Shown here one piece after another: positions 1-11,911 of a DNA stretch of 64,000 nucleotides; within the stretch, counting starts at the first letter, position 1; every line of letters begins with the position of its first letter. The position numbers were made by a program, and so were the translations under genes. This DNA is from Bacteroidota bacterium (lineage in GTDB: Bacteria; Bacteroidota; Bacteroidia; JABDFU01): assembly GCA_013286385.1 (NCBI GenBank), contig JABDFU010000005.1, positions 8,651 to 72,650 on the forward strand, given 5' to 3'. The notes beneath the pieces were generated by a model. The model was not told the origin of the DNA and ran no database searches. It saw nothing but the letters and a program-made list of their open reading frames with translations.

Positions 1-285
1 GGTCTTGCTCAGATAGGGTTCGATATCTGAAATCCATTTTTCAAAAGTTTTGATCCTCAGATTTGAGGTCAGCTCATAATCCTTGTAACCATACCCCTCA
101 CTGGCACTGGTAAAATAATGATCCGAATACATTTTATACAAATCACTGTCCGGGATACGCGGATTTACAAAAACGAAACCACAAACTGCACACTGAACAA
201 TGTAGAAACCCTTTACATCATAAAGCTTTCTCGATTCAGCGCTTCCGCAAACGGAACAAGGGTATGTTTTCAGTTCAAGGTTCAA
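1..285 (-). CDS. SAM-dependent methyltransferase, N-terminal part only (gene runs off the window start); zinc-ribbon-like N-terminus
   Basis: Absent from the ORF track because it is truncated. My reverse-complement translation of 300..1 is open throughout: QEKPT-L-NLELKTYPCSVCGSAESRKLYDVKGFYIVQCAVCGFVFVNPRIPDSDLYKMYSDHYFTSASEGYGYKDYELTSNLRIKTFEKWISDIEPYLSKT. Two CxxC pairs followed by FVNP is a common N-terminus of class I methyltransferases in glycan loci. There is no in-frame ATG; TTG at 285..283 is only my best guess for the start. Confidence 0.45.
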   Translation of the reverse strand, partial: MNLELKTYPCSVCGSAESRKLYDVKGFYIVQCAVCGFVFVNPRIPDSDLYKMYSDHYFTSASEGYGYKDYELTSNLRIKTFEKWISDIEPYLSKT

Positions 286-343
286 GGTCGGTTTCTCCTG
301 AGCAATTGAGTCCGAAGATAAAGTTTTTAAACTTATTTTTTGC

Positions 344-3601
<3,258 letters not shown>

Positions 3602-3604
3602 TAC

Positions 3605-3641
3605 AGTTCGCCCTAATCGCCATTCGCTAATGGCTAATCGC
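3605..3641. repeat. Degenerate heptanucleotide tandem repeat, family A (TAATCGC-like), in the eno-gltA spacer
   Basis: AGTTCGC cc TAATCGC CATTCGC TAATGGC TAATCGC, ending 6 nt before the gltA ATG. Closely related arrays occur at 48352, 48878, 52337/52384 and 54649. Confidence 0.7.
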
Positions 3642-3647
3642 TAAAAC

Positions 3648-4982
3648 ATGGACACACTAAAAGAAAAATTCTCAGCTAAAGCCCTTCCGATGGCTGCTGA
3701 AGTCAAGACCCTCATCAAAGAACACGGAGACAAAAAACTGGGAGAATACACCATCGCCCAGGTTTACCAGGGCATGAAAAGCATTATCGGACTGGTCACC
3801 GAAACCTCCAAGCTCGATCCCGATGAAGGAATACGTTTCAGAGGCTATACCATACCCGAACTTCGTGAAAAACTGCCCAAATCGCCAAACGGAGGAACAG
3901 AACCCCTTCCCGAAGGTATATTTTATCTCATGCTGGTGGGCGAACTTCCCTCCCTGGATGACGTAACGAATGTAGCCAACAACTGGGCCAGGCGAAGCAT
4001 TGTTCCCAAACATGTTTTTGACACTATCGACTCTCTTCCTTTATCGACGCACCCGATGACCATGTTCAGCATCGGCATCATGGCCATGCAAACCGAATCG
4101 GTCTTTGCAGCCGCCTACAAAAAGGGAATCAACAAAAAAGACTACTGGGATTATATGTACGAGGACTCCATGAACCTCATTGCCCGCCTGCCCCGTGTGG
4201 CGGCTTACATTTACCGGAAAAAATACAAAAACGATGTTCACATCGAACCCGATCCCAAACTCGACTGGGCAGCCAACATAGCCCACATGATGGGGTACGA
4301 AGACTTTAACGTACAGCGCCTGATGCGCATGTACATGACTATACATGCCGACCACGAAGGAGGCAATGTGTCTGCCCATACCACTCACCTGGTCGGATCT
4401 GCCCTGAGCGATCCCTACCTTTCCTTTGCAGCTTCCATGAACGGACTGGCAGGTCCCCTGCACGGACTTGCCAACCAGGAAGTAATTGCCTGGATTATGC
4501 ACATGCGCGAACAACTCGGCGGAGGATTGCCAAGCGAAAAACAAATTGCTGATTTTATAAAAGCCACACTCGAAGAAGGCAAGGTCGTTCCCGGATACGG
4601 ACATGCTGTTCTGCGCAAAACCGATCCCCGTTTCACCGCCCAGCAGGATTTTTATCACCGCTATATCGCGGTGGACGGCAAGAAAGACGACCTCTGCGAA
4701 ATCGTTCAAACCATTTACAAAGTCGCGCCTCCGATTTTATCCAGCACCGGAAAAATAAAAAACCCCTGGCCCAATGTTGACGCGCATTCTGGTGCACTTC
4801 TGATGCACTTTGGCATAACCGAATTCGATTTCTACACCGTACTCTTCGGAGTCTCCCGTGCATTGGGCGTACTGGCCTCCCTCATCTGGGACCGCGCACT
4901 CGGACACCCGATCGAACGTCCGGGTTCCATCACCACCGAAGGCATCAAGAAAAAAATCGCAGCCATGGCAACTGCAAAGTAA
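3648..4982 (+). CDS. gltA: Citrate synthase
   Basis: 444-aa ORF with citrate synthase signatures (GYGHAVLRKTDPR, HADHEGGNVSAHT, PNVDAHSG). Confidence 0.93.
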   Translation: MDTLKEKFSAKALPMAAEVKTLIKEHGDKKLGEYTIAQVYQGMKSIIGLVTETSKLDPDEGIRFRGYTIPELREKLPKSPNGGTEPLPEGIFYLMLVGELPSLDDVTNVANNWARRSIVPKHVFDTIDSLPLSTHPMTMFSIGIMAMQTESVFAAAYKKGINKKDYWDYMYEDSMNLIARLPRVAAYIYRKKYKNDVHIEPDPKLDWAANIAHMMGYEDFNVQRLMRMYMTIHADHEGGNVSAHTTHLVGSALSDPYLSFAASMNGLAGPLHGLANQEVIAWIMHMREQLGGGLPSEKQIADFIKATLEEGKVVPGYGHAVLRKTDPRFTAQQDFYHRYIAVDGKKDDLCEIVQTIYKVAPPILSSTGKIKNPWPNVDAHSGALLMHFGITEFDFYTVLFGVSRALGVLASLIWDRALGHPIERPGSITTEGIKKKIAAMATAK

Positions 4983-5003
4983 TGCCCTTAAAGTAATGCC
5001 CTT
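4976..5003 (+). repeat. Perfect 14-bp tandem duplication spanning the gltA stop and the UbiD-family start
   Basis: aaagtaatgccctt x2 (4976..4989 and 4990..5003). Copy 1 carries the gltA TAA overlapping an ATG (TAATG) that opens a mini-ORF, M-P-L-K-stop. The mini-ORF's TAA overlaps the real ATG at 4996, again as TAATG. Confidence 0.85.
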
Positions 5004-6945
5004 TAGGAATCTTCAGCAGTTTATTGATAAACTTGAAGCCTCGGGCGAACTCGTTCGCATAAAAGAATTTGTAAATCCCGATCTCGAAATCTCCGAGGTC
5101 GTCGACCGTATTTCAAAATCTGAAAGCAGCTCCAATTCCAGCTCCGGCCCAAACAAAGCCCTGCTCTTCGAAAATACCGGCACCCCTTTTCCCCTGCTCA
5201 TCAACTCCATGGGCTCCTACAAACGCATCTGCATTGCGCTGGGAGTAAACAACCTTGATGACATTGCCAAAGACATAGGCGATCTCTTCAAAAAGCTGAG
5301 CGGTCCCAAAGAAGGGATCATGGATAAACTTCAAATGCTTCCCATGCTGGCCGAAATTTCCTCCTGGATGCCAAAAACATCTTCAGCCAAAGGAGAGTGT
5401 CAGCAAATAGTCCTGCAGGATCCCGACATCACTAAATTTCCGGTGATGAAATGCTGGCCCGAGGATGGAGGCCGTTTCATCACACTGCCCATCATTCATA
5501 CCAAAGACCCCAATACAGGAATCAGAAATGTAGGCATGTACCGCATGCAGGTCTTCGGACCGAAATTAACCGGAATGCACTGGCACAAGCACAAAGTTTC
5601 AGCAGGGCATTTCAACGCGTACAAAAAACTGGGAATTAAAATGCCCGTTGCTGTTGCCCTGGGCGGGGACCCTGTTTACACCTATGCGGCAACCGCTCCC
5701 TTGCCCCCCAATGTAGACGAATACATGCTGGCCGGATTCCTCCGCAAGAAAAAAGTCGAACTCGTCAAATGCCTCACCCAGGATATTCAGGTCCCTTCTG
5801 ATGCCGACATTATCATCGAAGGCTATGTAGACCCCGCAGATGAATTGATCTGGGAAGGGCCCTTTGGTGACCACACCGGCTATTATTCGCTGGCCGACTG
5901 GTATCCAAAATTCCACATCACCTGCATAACGCATAAAAAAAATGCAGTTTACCCATCCACCATTGTAGGCATACCTCCCGAAGAAGACGCCTGGATTGGA
6001 AAAGCCACCGAGCGTATTTTTCTTGCGCCGATCAAAATGACCCTGCTTCCCGAAATCCTCGACATGGAACTTCCCATCGAAGGCGTATTTCACAACCTGA
6101 CCATTGTAAAAATAAAAAAAGAATATCCCGGCCACGCCCAGAAAGTCATGAACGCCATGTGGGGCGCCGGACAAATGATGTTCAACAAAATCCTCATCGT
6201 GGTCAGCGAGGACATAAACACCCACAGCTACACCCAGGTCGCCCAGGCCCTGACCGCTAACGTCGACCCTGCCAGCGATATTTATTTCAGCCAGGGCCCC
6301 ATGGACGTCCTCGATCACTCCTGTTCGAAATTCGCATTCGGAGGAAAAATGTGCATTGATGCAACAGAAAAACTTCCGGAAGAAGTTTTTAATTCAAAGT
6401 CCAACGTTCAAGACCCCACAACAAGCAAAGTTCCGACTTTCAAACTTTCAAATTCATTTTCTGAGATCAGCAGCCTCAATACCTCCCTGCTCGAAAAAGG
6501 AATCTCTGCCGTTTTTATTTCCGTTCAAAAATCCCGTCCAAACCACATCCGTGAACTCAATTCCAGATTGTTCGCCTTGCCCGAATTCAACACAGTAAAA
6601 TTCATCATCTACGTAGAAACCAATGTCGATGCAAACGACACAGCTGATGTCATCTGGAGATTTGCCAACAACATCGACCCCAGACGCGACAGCTATATCA
6701 TCCCGGCCTCAAAAAATTCCTCGGGAGAGGCTGTTTCCTGCTCGCACATTGGCTTCGATGGTACCCGAAAAACCAAAGAGTTTGACAATTTCGACCGCCC
6801 CTGGCCCAACATCATCTGTTCTGATGAGGCAACCATAAAACGCATAGACGAAATCTGGGACAAACTCGGCTTAGGCCCTAAGCTCCCCTCTCCTTCTTTG
6901 AAATACCGCAAACAGCTTTACAAAGGCGGGGCAGTCGCTTCCTAA
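4996..6945 (+). CDS. UbiD-family decarboxylase (menaquinone-biosynthesis type)
   Basis: The track ORF starts at 4858, inside gltA. The ATG at 4996 (MPFRNLQQFIDKLEASGELVRIKE) gives the usual UbiD N-terminus. UbiD-like blocks include RNVGMYRMQV, GGDP and GPFGDHTGYY. The long C-terminal half is typical of Bacteroidota homologs linked to the futalosine route; mqnC is at 60874..61998. Confidence 0.85.
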   Translation: MPFRNLQQFIDKLEASGELVRIKEFVNPDLEISEVVDRISKSESSSNSSSGPNKALLFENTGTPFPLLINSMGSYKRICIALGVNNLDDIAKDIGDLFKKLSGPKEGIMDKLQMLPMLAEISSWMPKTSSAKGECQQIVLQDPDITKFPVMKCWPEDGGRFITLPIIHTKDPNTGIRNVGMYRMQVFGPKLTGMHWHKHKVSAGHFNAYKKLGIKMPVAVALGGDPVYTYAATAPLPPNVDEYMLAGFLRKKKVELVKCLTQDIQVPSDADIIIEGYVDPADELIWEGPFGDHTGYYSLADWYPKFHITCITHKKNAVYPSTIVGIPPEEDAWIGKATERIFLAPIKMTLLPEILDMELPIEGVFHNLTIVKIKKEYPGHAQKVMNAMWGAGQMMFNKILIVVSEDINTHSYTQVAQALTANVDPASDIYFSQGPMDVLDHSCSKFAFGGKMCIDATEKLPEEVFNSKSNVQDPTTSKVPTFKLSNSFSEISSLNTSLLEKGISAVFISVQKSRPNHIRELNSRLFALPEFNTVKFIIYVETNVDANDTADVIWRFANNIDPRRDSYIIPASKNSSGEAVSCSHIGFDGTRKTKEFDNFDRPWPNIICSDEATIKRIDEIWDKLGLGPKLPSPSLKYRKQLYKGGAVAS

Positions 6946-6957
6946 AATCCCAAAACC

Positions 6958-8124
6958 ATGAAAAAAATACTGCTGCTCGGCTCCGGTGAATTGGGAAAAG
7001 AATTTACCATCGCCGTGAAATGCCTGGGCCAATACGTTATAGCCGTGGACTCCTATAACAATGCCCCCGCCCAACAGATGGCAGATGAGCGGGAAGTAAT
7101 CAACATGCTTGACGGCACCGAACTCGACCGCATCGTGACCAAACACAAACCCGATATCATTGTCCCCGAAATTGAAGCCATTCGTACCGAACGTTTTTAC
7201 GACTATGAGAAACAGGGCATTCAGGTAGTCCCCAGTGCGCGCGCGGCCAACTTCACCATGAACCGCAAGGCCATCCGCGACCTGGCAAGCAAAGAACTCA
7301 AACTCAGAACAGCAAAATACGCGTACGCAAAAACCTACGACGAATTCAAACAGTCCGTTCACAGTATTGGCATCCCCTGCGTAGTCAAACCCCTGATGTC
7401 CTCTTCGGGCAAAGGTCAATCCATTGTCAAGGCAGAAGAACAGATTCAGAAAGCCTGGGATTATGCCATGACCGGCACCAGAGGCGACCTGAAAGAAGTT
7501 ATCGTGGAAGAATTTATAAAATTCAATTCTGAAATCACCTTGCTCACCGTAACCCAGAAAAACGGACCGACTCTGTTTTGCCCGCCGATCGGCCACCGGC
7601 AGGAAAGAGGAGACTACATGGAAAGCTGGCAGCCCCATCCGCTGAAAGAGCAGGATCTGAGAGATGCAAAAGAAATGGCCGACAAAGTCACCAAAGCCCT
7701 GACCGGCTCAGGTATCTGGGGTGTAGAATTTTTCCTTACCGACAAAGGCGTTTATTTTTCAGAATTATCTCCCAGGCCTCACGACACTGGTATGGTCACC
7801 CTTGCCGGCACACAGAATTTCTCTGAATTCGAATTACATGCCCGCACAGTCCTCGGTCTTCCGATTCCCGAAATCATTCTCGAAAAAGCCGGAGCAAGCG
7901 CCGTAATCCTGGCCTCCCACGAAGGACTCCTTCCCCTATACACAGGCCTTGAAGATGCCCTGAAACATTCCCAATCAGACCTCCGCATATTCGGCAAACC
8001 AAGCACAAGACCCCACCGTCGGATGGGTGTAGCTTTAACCCACGACAAACCCACAACAGAAATTACCTCCCTGATTGAAAAAGCAAAAGTAATTGCAAAA
8101 TGTGTACGTATTCAGACTTCGTGA
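6958..8124 (+). CDS. purT: Formate-dependent phosphoribosylglycinamide formyltransferase
   Basis: 388 aa. N-terminus [15 protein letters not shown] with an ATP-grasp core ([19 protein letters not shown]) and a typical PurT end (RRMGVAL). Confidence 0.9.
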   Translation: MKKILLLGSGELGKEFTIAVKCLGQYVIAVDSYNNAPAQQMADEREVINMLDGTELDRIVTKHKPDIIVPEIEAIRTERFYDYEKQGIQVVPSARAANFTMNRKAIRDLASKELKLRTAKYAYAKTYDEFKQSVHSIGIPCVVKPLMSSSGKGQSIVKAEEQIQKAWDYAMTGTRGDLKEVIVEEFIKFNSEITLLTVTQKNGPTLFCPPIGHRQERGDYMESWQPHPLKEQDLRDAKEMADKVTKALTGSGIWGVEFFLTDKGVYFSELSPRPHDTGMVTLAGTQNFSEFELHARTVLGLPIPEIILEKAGASAVILASHEGLLPLYTGLEDALKHSQSDLRIFGKPSTRPHRRMGVALTHDKPTTEITSLIEKAKVIAKCVRIQTS

Positions 8125-8148
8125 ACCGGTCACTAACTGTGACCAGTT
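8124..8148. terminator. Hairpin exactly between the convergent purT and dprA stop codons (possible bidirectional terminator)
   Basis: aaccggtcac-taact-gtgaccagtt, with 9 of 10 stem positions complementary. It sits between TGA (8122..8124) and TTA (8148..8150, a minus-strand TAA). There is no clear U-tract. Confidence 0.35.
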
Positions 8149-9323
8149 TAAGAAATCACCACATACTTCTTCCCCGGCAAAACCCTGATTTGCTCCTTCA
8201 GCTCCAGGTTGAGCAATAAAAGCGAAACCTCGCTGCATCCAATACCCAAAGCTAAAAGAAGCTCATCATAGCTAAGACCATCTTCCTTGTCGTGCAATAA
8301 TTTCATCACCTTTTCTTCATCTTCGCTTAAGCCCTCAAACAGGGTACATTGATTCTTGAAATTCAAATCACCTACATCAGCCTCTTTATCTGCCGCACCC
8401 ACATCCGTCTTCTTCCGCTCCCATCCCAGCATGCGCATCACATCAAAAGCCGATTCAACCAGCGCCGCCTGATTGTTTTTAATCAGGCGGTTGCATCCGG
8501 CAGAACCTTCATCCCCCACTCTTCCCGGAAAAGCGAAAACATCTCTGCTGTACGAATTCGCTATGTCAGCAGTAATGAGAGAGCCTCCTTTGAACCCTGA
8601 TTCCAAAACAACTGTGGCATCAGACATCCCGGCCACAATTCGGTTACGTCTGGGGAAATTCGAAGCATCTGAAGGGTCCTTGCTCATAAATTCAGTCAGC
8701 AATCCGCCCGAAGCCAGTATTTCCTGTGCGGCAGCAAAATGTACGGCCGGATATATCCTATCCAGTCCGTGTCCCAAAACGGCAACCGTTTTCAAACCCT
8801 CCCTAAGAGCCGTCCGATGTGCGCAAATATCAATTCCATAAGCCAGGCCGCTCACAATCAAAACGCCATCCTTTCCTTGGCCGAAACCACTTTCCCTGGC
8901 CAGATCCCTGACCAGCTCCTCGCAGCATTTTTTTCCATAGTAACTTGCCCTCCGTGTCCCTACGATACTTACTACCCGGTCAACATTTAAATCCGCCTCA
9001 CCCTGATAATAAAGCAGAACAGGGGCATCACTGCAATGCGTGAGACGGAAGGGATAATCCGCACCCTTAAAATAAAAAGTCTTTATTTTACGCTTTTCAA
9101 TAAATTCAATCTCCTCCTCCGCCCTTCGCAGTATAGTCCTGCTTTCAACAGAACTCACCAACCGTTCCCCAATTCCTTTTACTTGAAGCAGTGCTTCCTT
9201 TTTTTCTTTGAATACCGCCTCCGGACTCCCGAATAAATTGATCAGGTGTTTCGCCATTGCATCCCCAACCCCCGGAATCAGCTTAAGGGCAATCGTATAC
9301 TTCAGTGCTTCATTGGTATCCAT
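8148..9323 (-). CDS. dprA: DNA-processing protein DprA
   Basis: The track ORF 8148..9368 begins at a TTG. The ATG at 9323 (MDTNEALKYTIALKLIPGVG) is more plausible. It has the DprA Rossmann-like core (IVSGLAYGID, RNRIVAG) and a C-terminal winged-helix-like tail. Confidence 0.88.
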   Translation of the reverse strand: MDTNEALKYTIALKLIPGVGDAMAKHLINLFGSPEAVFKEKKEALLQVKGIGERLVSSVESRTILRRAEEEIEFIEKRKIKTFYFKGADYPFRLTHCSDAPVLLYYQGEADLNVDRVVSIVGTRRASYYGKKCCEELVRDLARESGFGQGKDGVLIVSGLAYGIDICAHRTALREGLKTVAVLGHGLDRIYPAVHFAAAQEILASGGLLTEFMSKDPSDASNFPRRNRIVAGMSDATVVLESGFKGGSLITADIANSYSRDVFAFPGRVGDEGSAGCNRLIKNNQAALVESAFDVMRMLGWERKKTDVGAADKEADVGDLNFKNQCTLFEGLSEDEEKVMKLLHDKEDGLSYDELLLALGIGCSEVSLLLLNLELKEQIRVLPGKKYVVIS

Positions 9324-9386
9324 AAACCATAAACTTACTGCTTCCAGGTCCTGAAAAATAAAGTACAAATACTTATATTCGTTCCC

Positions 9387-9905
9387 ATGATACTACCCGT
9401 AAACATCCAGAAATGGATAAGCGAAAATCGCCACCTGCTCAAGCCCCCGGTCGGCAATAAGGTAATCTTCAAAGATGACGGCATGATTGTGATGGCCGTT
9501 GGCGGACCGAATTCCCGCAAAGACTACCACTTCAACGAAAGCGAAGAACTCTATCAGCAAATCCAGGGAGACATCGTAGTCGGTATTCAGGAAAACGGAA
9601 AGGCGGTGGATATTCCTGTAAAAGAAGGCGAACTTTTCCTTTTGCCCGGCAACACGCCCCATCAGCCCCGCAGAGGGCCCAATACAATAGGTCTGGTCAT
9701 TGAACTCAAGCGCAGAGAAAACGCAAAAGACGGCCTGCTTTGGTTCTGCGAAAAATGCAACACTAAACTCTACGAAGAATATTTCGGACTCAGCAGTATC
9801 GAAGACCAGTTTCAACCCATTTTTATAAAATTTTACAGCGATAAAAACCTGCGCACCTGCAAAAAATGCGGACACGTTATGGAACCACCTCCAATTCCGG
9901 CATGA
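9387..9905 (+). CDS. 3-hydroxyanthranilate 3,4-dioxygenase (kynurenine pathway)
   Basis: 172 aa. Cupin core with KWISENRHLLKPPVGNK, YHFNESEELYQQIQGD and PGNTPHQPRR, plus a C-terminal CxxC...CxxC pair (CEKC...CKKC), as in bacterial and eukaryotic HAAO. Confidence 0.88.
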   Translation: MILPVNIQKWISENRHLLKPPVGNKVIFKDDGMIVMAVGGPNSRKDYHFNESEELYQQIQGDIVVGIQENGKAVDIPVKEGELFLLPGNTPHQPRRGPNTIGLVIELKRRENAKDGLLWFCEKCNTKLYEEYFGLSSIEDQFQPIFIKFYSDKNLRTCKKCGHVMEPPPIPA

Positions 9906-11821
9906 AGAAACCTGTCCAAAAGCAGGCCAAGACCAAACCCAGTCCTGCCAAACCTGATCCCGCTAAAACCAGCACACGCCTGCGCCTTATAATTGCTCTC
10001 GCTCTTGCCGCAATCGCCTTTCTGTTTTACGCCAACACCCTTCAGCACGATTATGCCCTCGACGACTTTTCACTGATTAAAGAAAATGCCCAAACCAAAA
10101 AAGGAACAGCAGCCCTCAAACAGATTTTCACCAGTTCTTACCGCAGCGGATACTACCTGCCAGACAACGACCTTTACCGCCCGCTTTCCAAAGCCATGTT
10201 TGCGATTGAATGGCAACTGGCACCTGACAAGCCGGCCCTGGGACACTGGGTAAATGTCCTGCTGTATGCATTCACAGCCTGGCTCCTTTTTTACACGCTT
10301 CTCCTTTATTTTCCTCATCCTGACAAGCTCTGGTTCTGTGCCCTCACCACCCTGCTCTTCGTTGCCCATCCCATTCACACGGAAGTCGTGGCGAACATAA
10401 AAAGCCGCGACGAAATTCTAAGCTTTCTCTTTTTTCTCTTTATGGCCATGAGCGCGATCAGCTACGCCAAACAAGGCCGTATCTCCGGTCTCCTGTTCGC
10501 AGCTATCAGCTTCTTCATTTCCCTGCTGTCCAAAGAATCGGGCATTACATTTCTGGCAGCAATACCTTTGATGATTTATTTCTTCACCGATGCATCCGTA
10601 AAAAAACAGATCATCCTGGCCTCCACCCTGCTCCTCACCGGACTTATCTTTTTCATCATCCGAACCAAAATTCTTGGCGCCCCTCCGGGGCTCAATCCTT
10701 CCATCATGGACAACCTGCTGGTGGGAGCCCACAACAAACTGCTTCAGACCACATCAGCCATTTCCATACTGGGGATATACCTTAAGCTGCTTTTCTTTCC
10801 ACACCCGCTGGTATCTGATTACTCATTTAATCAGATACCCCTCGCCGGCCTTACTGACTGGCATTTCCTGCTCTCCTTTCTGATCTATGCAAGCCTCGCC
10901 GCATACGCGATCCTTAAACTCAAAGAAAAAAATCTGATTGCCTTCGGCATTTTATTTTTCTTCATTACCATTTCCATCACCTCCAACATCGTCATGCTCA
11001 TCGGTACCTCCTTCGGTGAACGCCTTTTGTATGCACCGGCACTTGGCTTTTGCATCATCATCGCTTACCTGCTCACAAAATACTTCAAACCCGAAGACAA
11101 AAGACTCTGGGCAATCACCACAATACTAGTCCTGCTTTTCTTCACAAAAACGTATTCCCGAAATCAGGCCTGGGTTAACAACGTAACGCTCCACTCCACC
11201 GATGTGCTCAACTCACCCAACAGCGCACGGGCACATTATTACTATGGTAACATCATAACCCAGAATGAATACCTTGACACAATAAAAGACCAGAAACGTA
11301 AAAATGCAGTGCTCGAAACCGCACTGCATGAATTAAGACGAACCATAGAAATCTATCCGGCCTATGCCGATGCCTATCACAAGATTGGCAAAATTACAAC
11401 ACTAAGCAATCAAAACGACACCGCGGCCTTTTATTACAAAAAGGCCCTTAGCATGAATCCCGGCAATTCAATGTACCTCAACAATTACGGCACCGTGCTC
11501 TTTCACCTGGGCCACCTCGAAGAGGCCCGTCAGCAGTTCGAACTCTCCACAAAAACAAATCCCCTGCAGAGTGACGCCTTCAGCAACCTGGGAAGTGTTT
11601 ACGGAACCATGGGTCAGCAAATGGCATCCCAAAACCATCCCGAAGAAGCCCGTAAATACTACGATCTGGCCATAGTCAATTTCAAAAAAGCCATAGACAA
11701 CACACCCGACTACGCCCCCGGATATACCATGCTGGGCATCACTTACCGCAATATCGGGGACGAAACCAATGCGAAATTCTACCTCGACCGGGCCGAGCAA
11801 CTGAAGACCCGGGTAAAATAA
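9902..11821 (+). CDS. TMTC-like GT-C membrane glycosyltransferase with C-terminal TPR repeats; paralog 2 of 4
   Basis: The track ORF starts at 9866. The ATG at 9902 (MKKPVQKQAKTKPSPAKPDPAK) overlaps the HAAO stop as ATGA. Motifs: 'YANTLQHDYALDD', 'YRPL', 'HPIHTEVVANIKSRDE'. TPR repeats follow (AYHKIGKITT, YLNNYGTVLFHLGH, AFSNLGSVYGTMG, GYTMLGITYRNIGD). Confidence 0.78.
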   Translation: MKKPVQKQAKTKPSPAKPDPAKTSTRLRLIIALALAAIAFLFYANTLQHDYALDDFSLIKENAQTKKGTAALKQIFTSSYRSGYYLPDNDLYRPLSKAMFAIEWQLAPDKPALGHWVNVLLYAFTAWLLFYTLLLYFPHPDKLWFCALTTLLFVAHPIHTEVVANIKSRDEILSFLFFLFMAMSAISYAKQGRISGLLFAAISFFISLLSKESGITFLAAIPLMIYFFTDASVKKQIILASTLLLTGLIFFIIRTKILGAPPGLNPSIMDNLLVGAHNKLLQTTSAISILGIYLKLLFFPHPLVSDYSFNQIPLAGLTDWHFLLSFLIYASLAAYAILKLKEKNLIAFGILFFFITISITSNIVMLIGTSFGERLLYAPALGFCIIIAYLLTKYFKPEDKRLWAITTILVLLFFTKTYSRNQAWVNNVTLHSTDVLNSPNSARAHYYYGNIITQNEYLDTIKDQKRKNAVLETALHELRRTIEIYPAYADAYHKIGKITTLSNQNDTAAFYYKKALSMNPGNSMYLNNYGTVLFHLGHLEEARQQFELSTKTNPLQSDAFSNLGSVYGTMGQQMASQNHPEEARKYYDLAIVNFKKAIDNTPDYAPGYTMLGITYRNIGDETNAKFYLDRAEQLKTRVK

Positions 11822-11853
11822 AGGCCAGAACCAAATAATCCGCATACTTAAAA

Positions 11854-11903
11854 GTGTACAATTTTGCATTCAAATTGCAAATTTGTACACTTTCTTTTTT
11901 TAT
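11854..11903 (+). terminator. Long A/T-rich hairpin plus T-tract after the TMTC-like gene (intrinsic terminator candidate)
   Basis: gtgtacaattttgca (11854..11868), loop ttcaaat, then tgcaaatttgtacac (11876..11890); 14 of 15 positions are complementary. It is followed by tttctttttttat. Confidence 0.5.
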
Positions 11904-11908
11904 ATTTG
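11901..11908 (+). promoter_or_regulatory. Candidate -7 box (TATATTTG) abutting the ATPase start codon
   Basis: Exact TAnnTTTG match, with 3 nt (ctt) between its G and the ATG at 11912. It lies directly after the terminator-like hairpin. Confidence 0.35.
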
Positions 11909-11911
11909 CTT

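Noticed and set aside
118-309. 63-aa plus-strand ORF at the window start.
   Set aside because: The opposite strand carries a much better open frame with zinc-ribbon and methyltransferase-like features that runs off the window, so the plus ORF is probably spurious.
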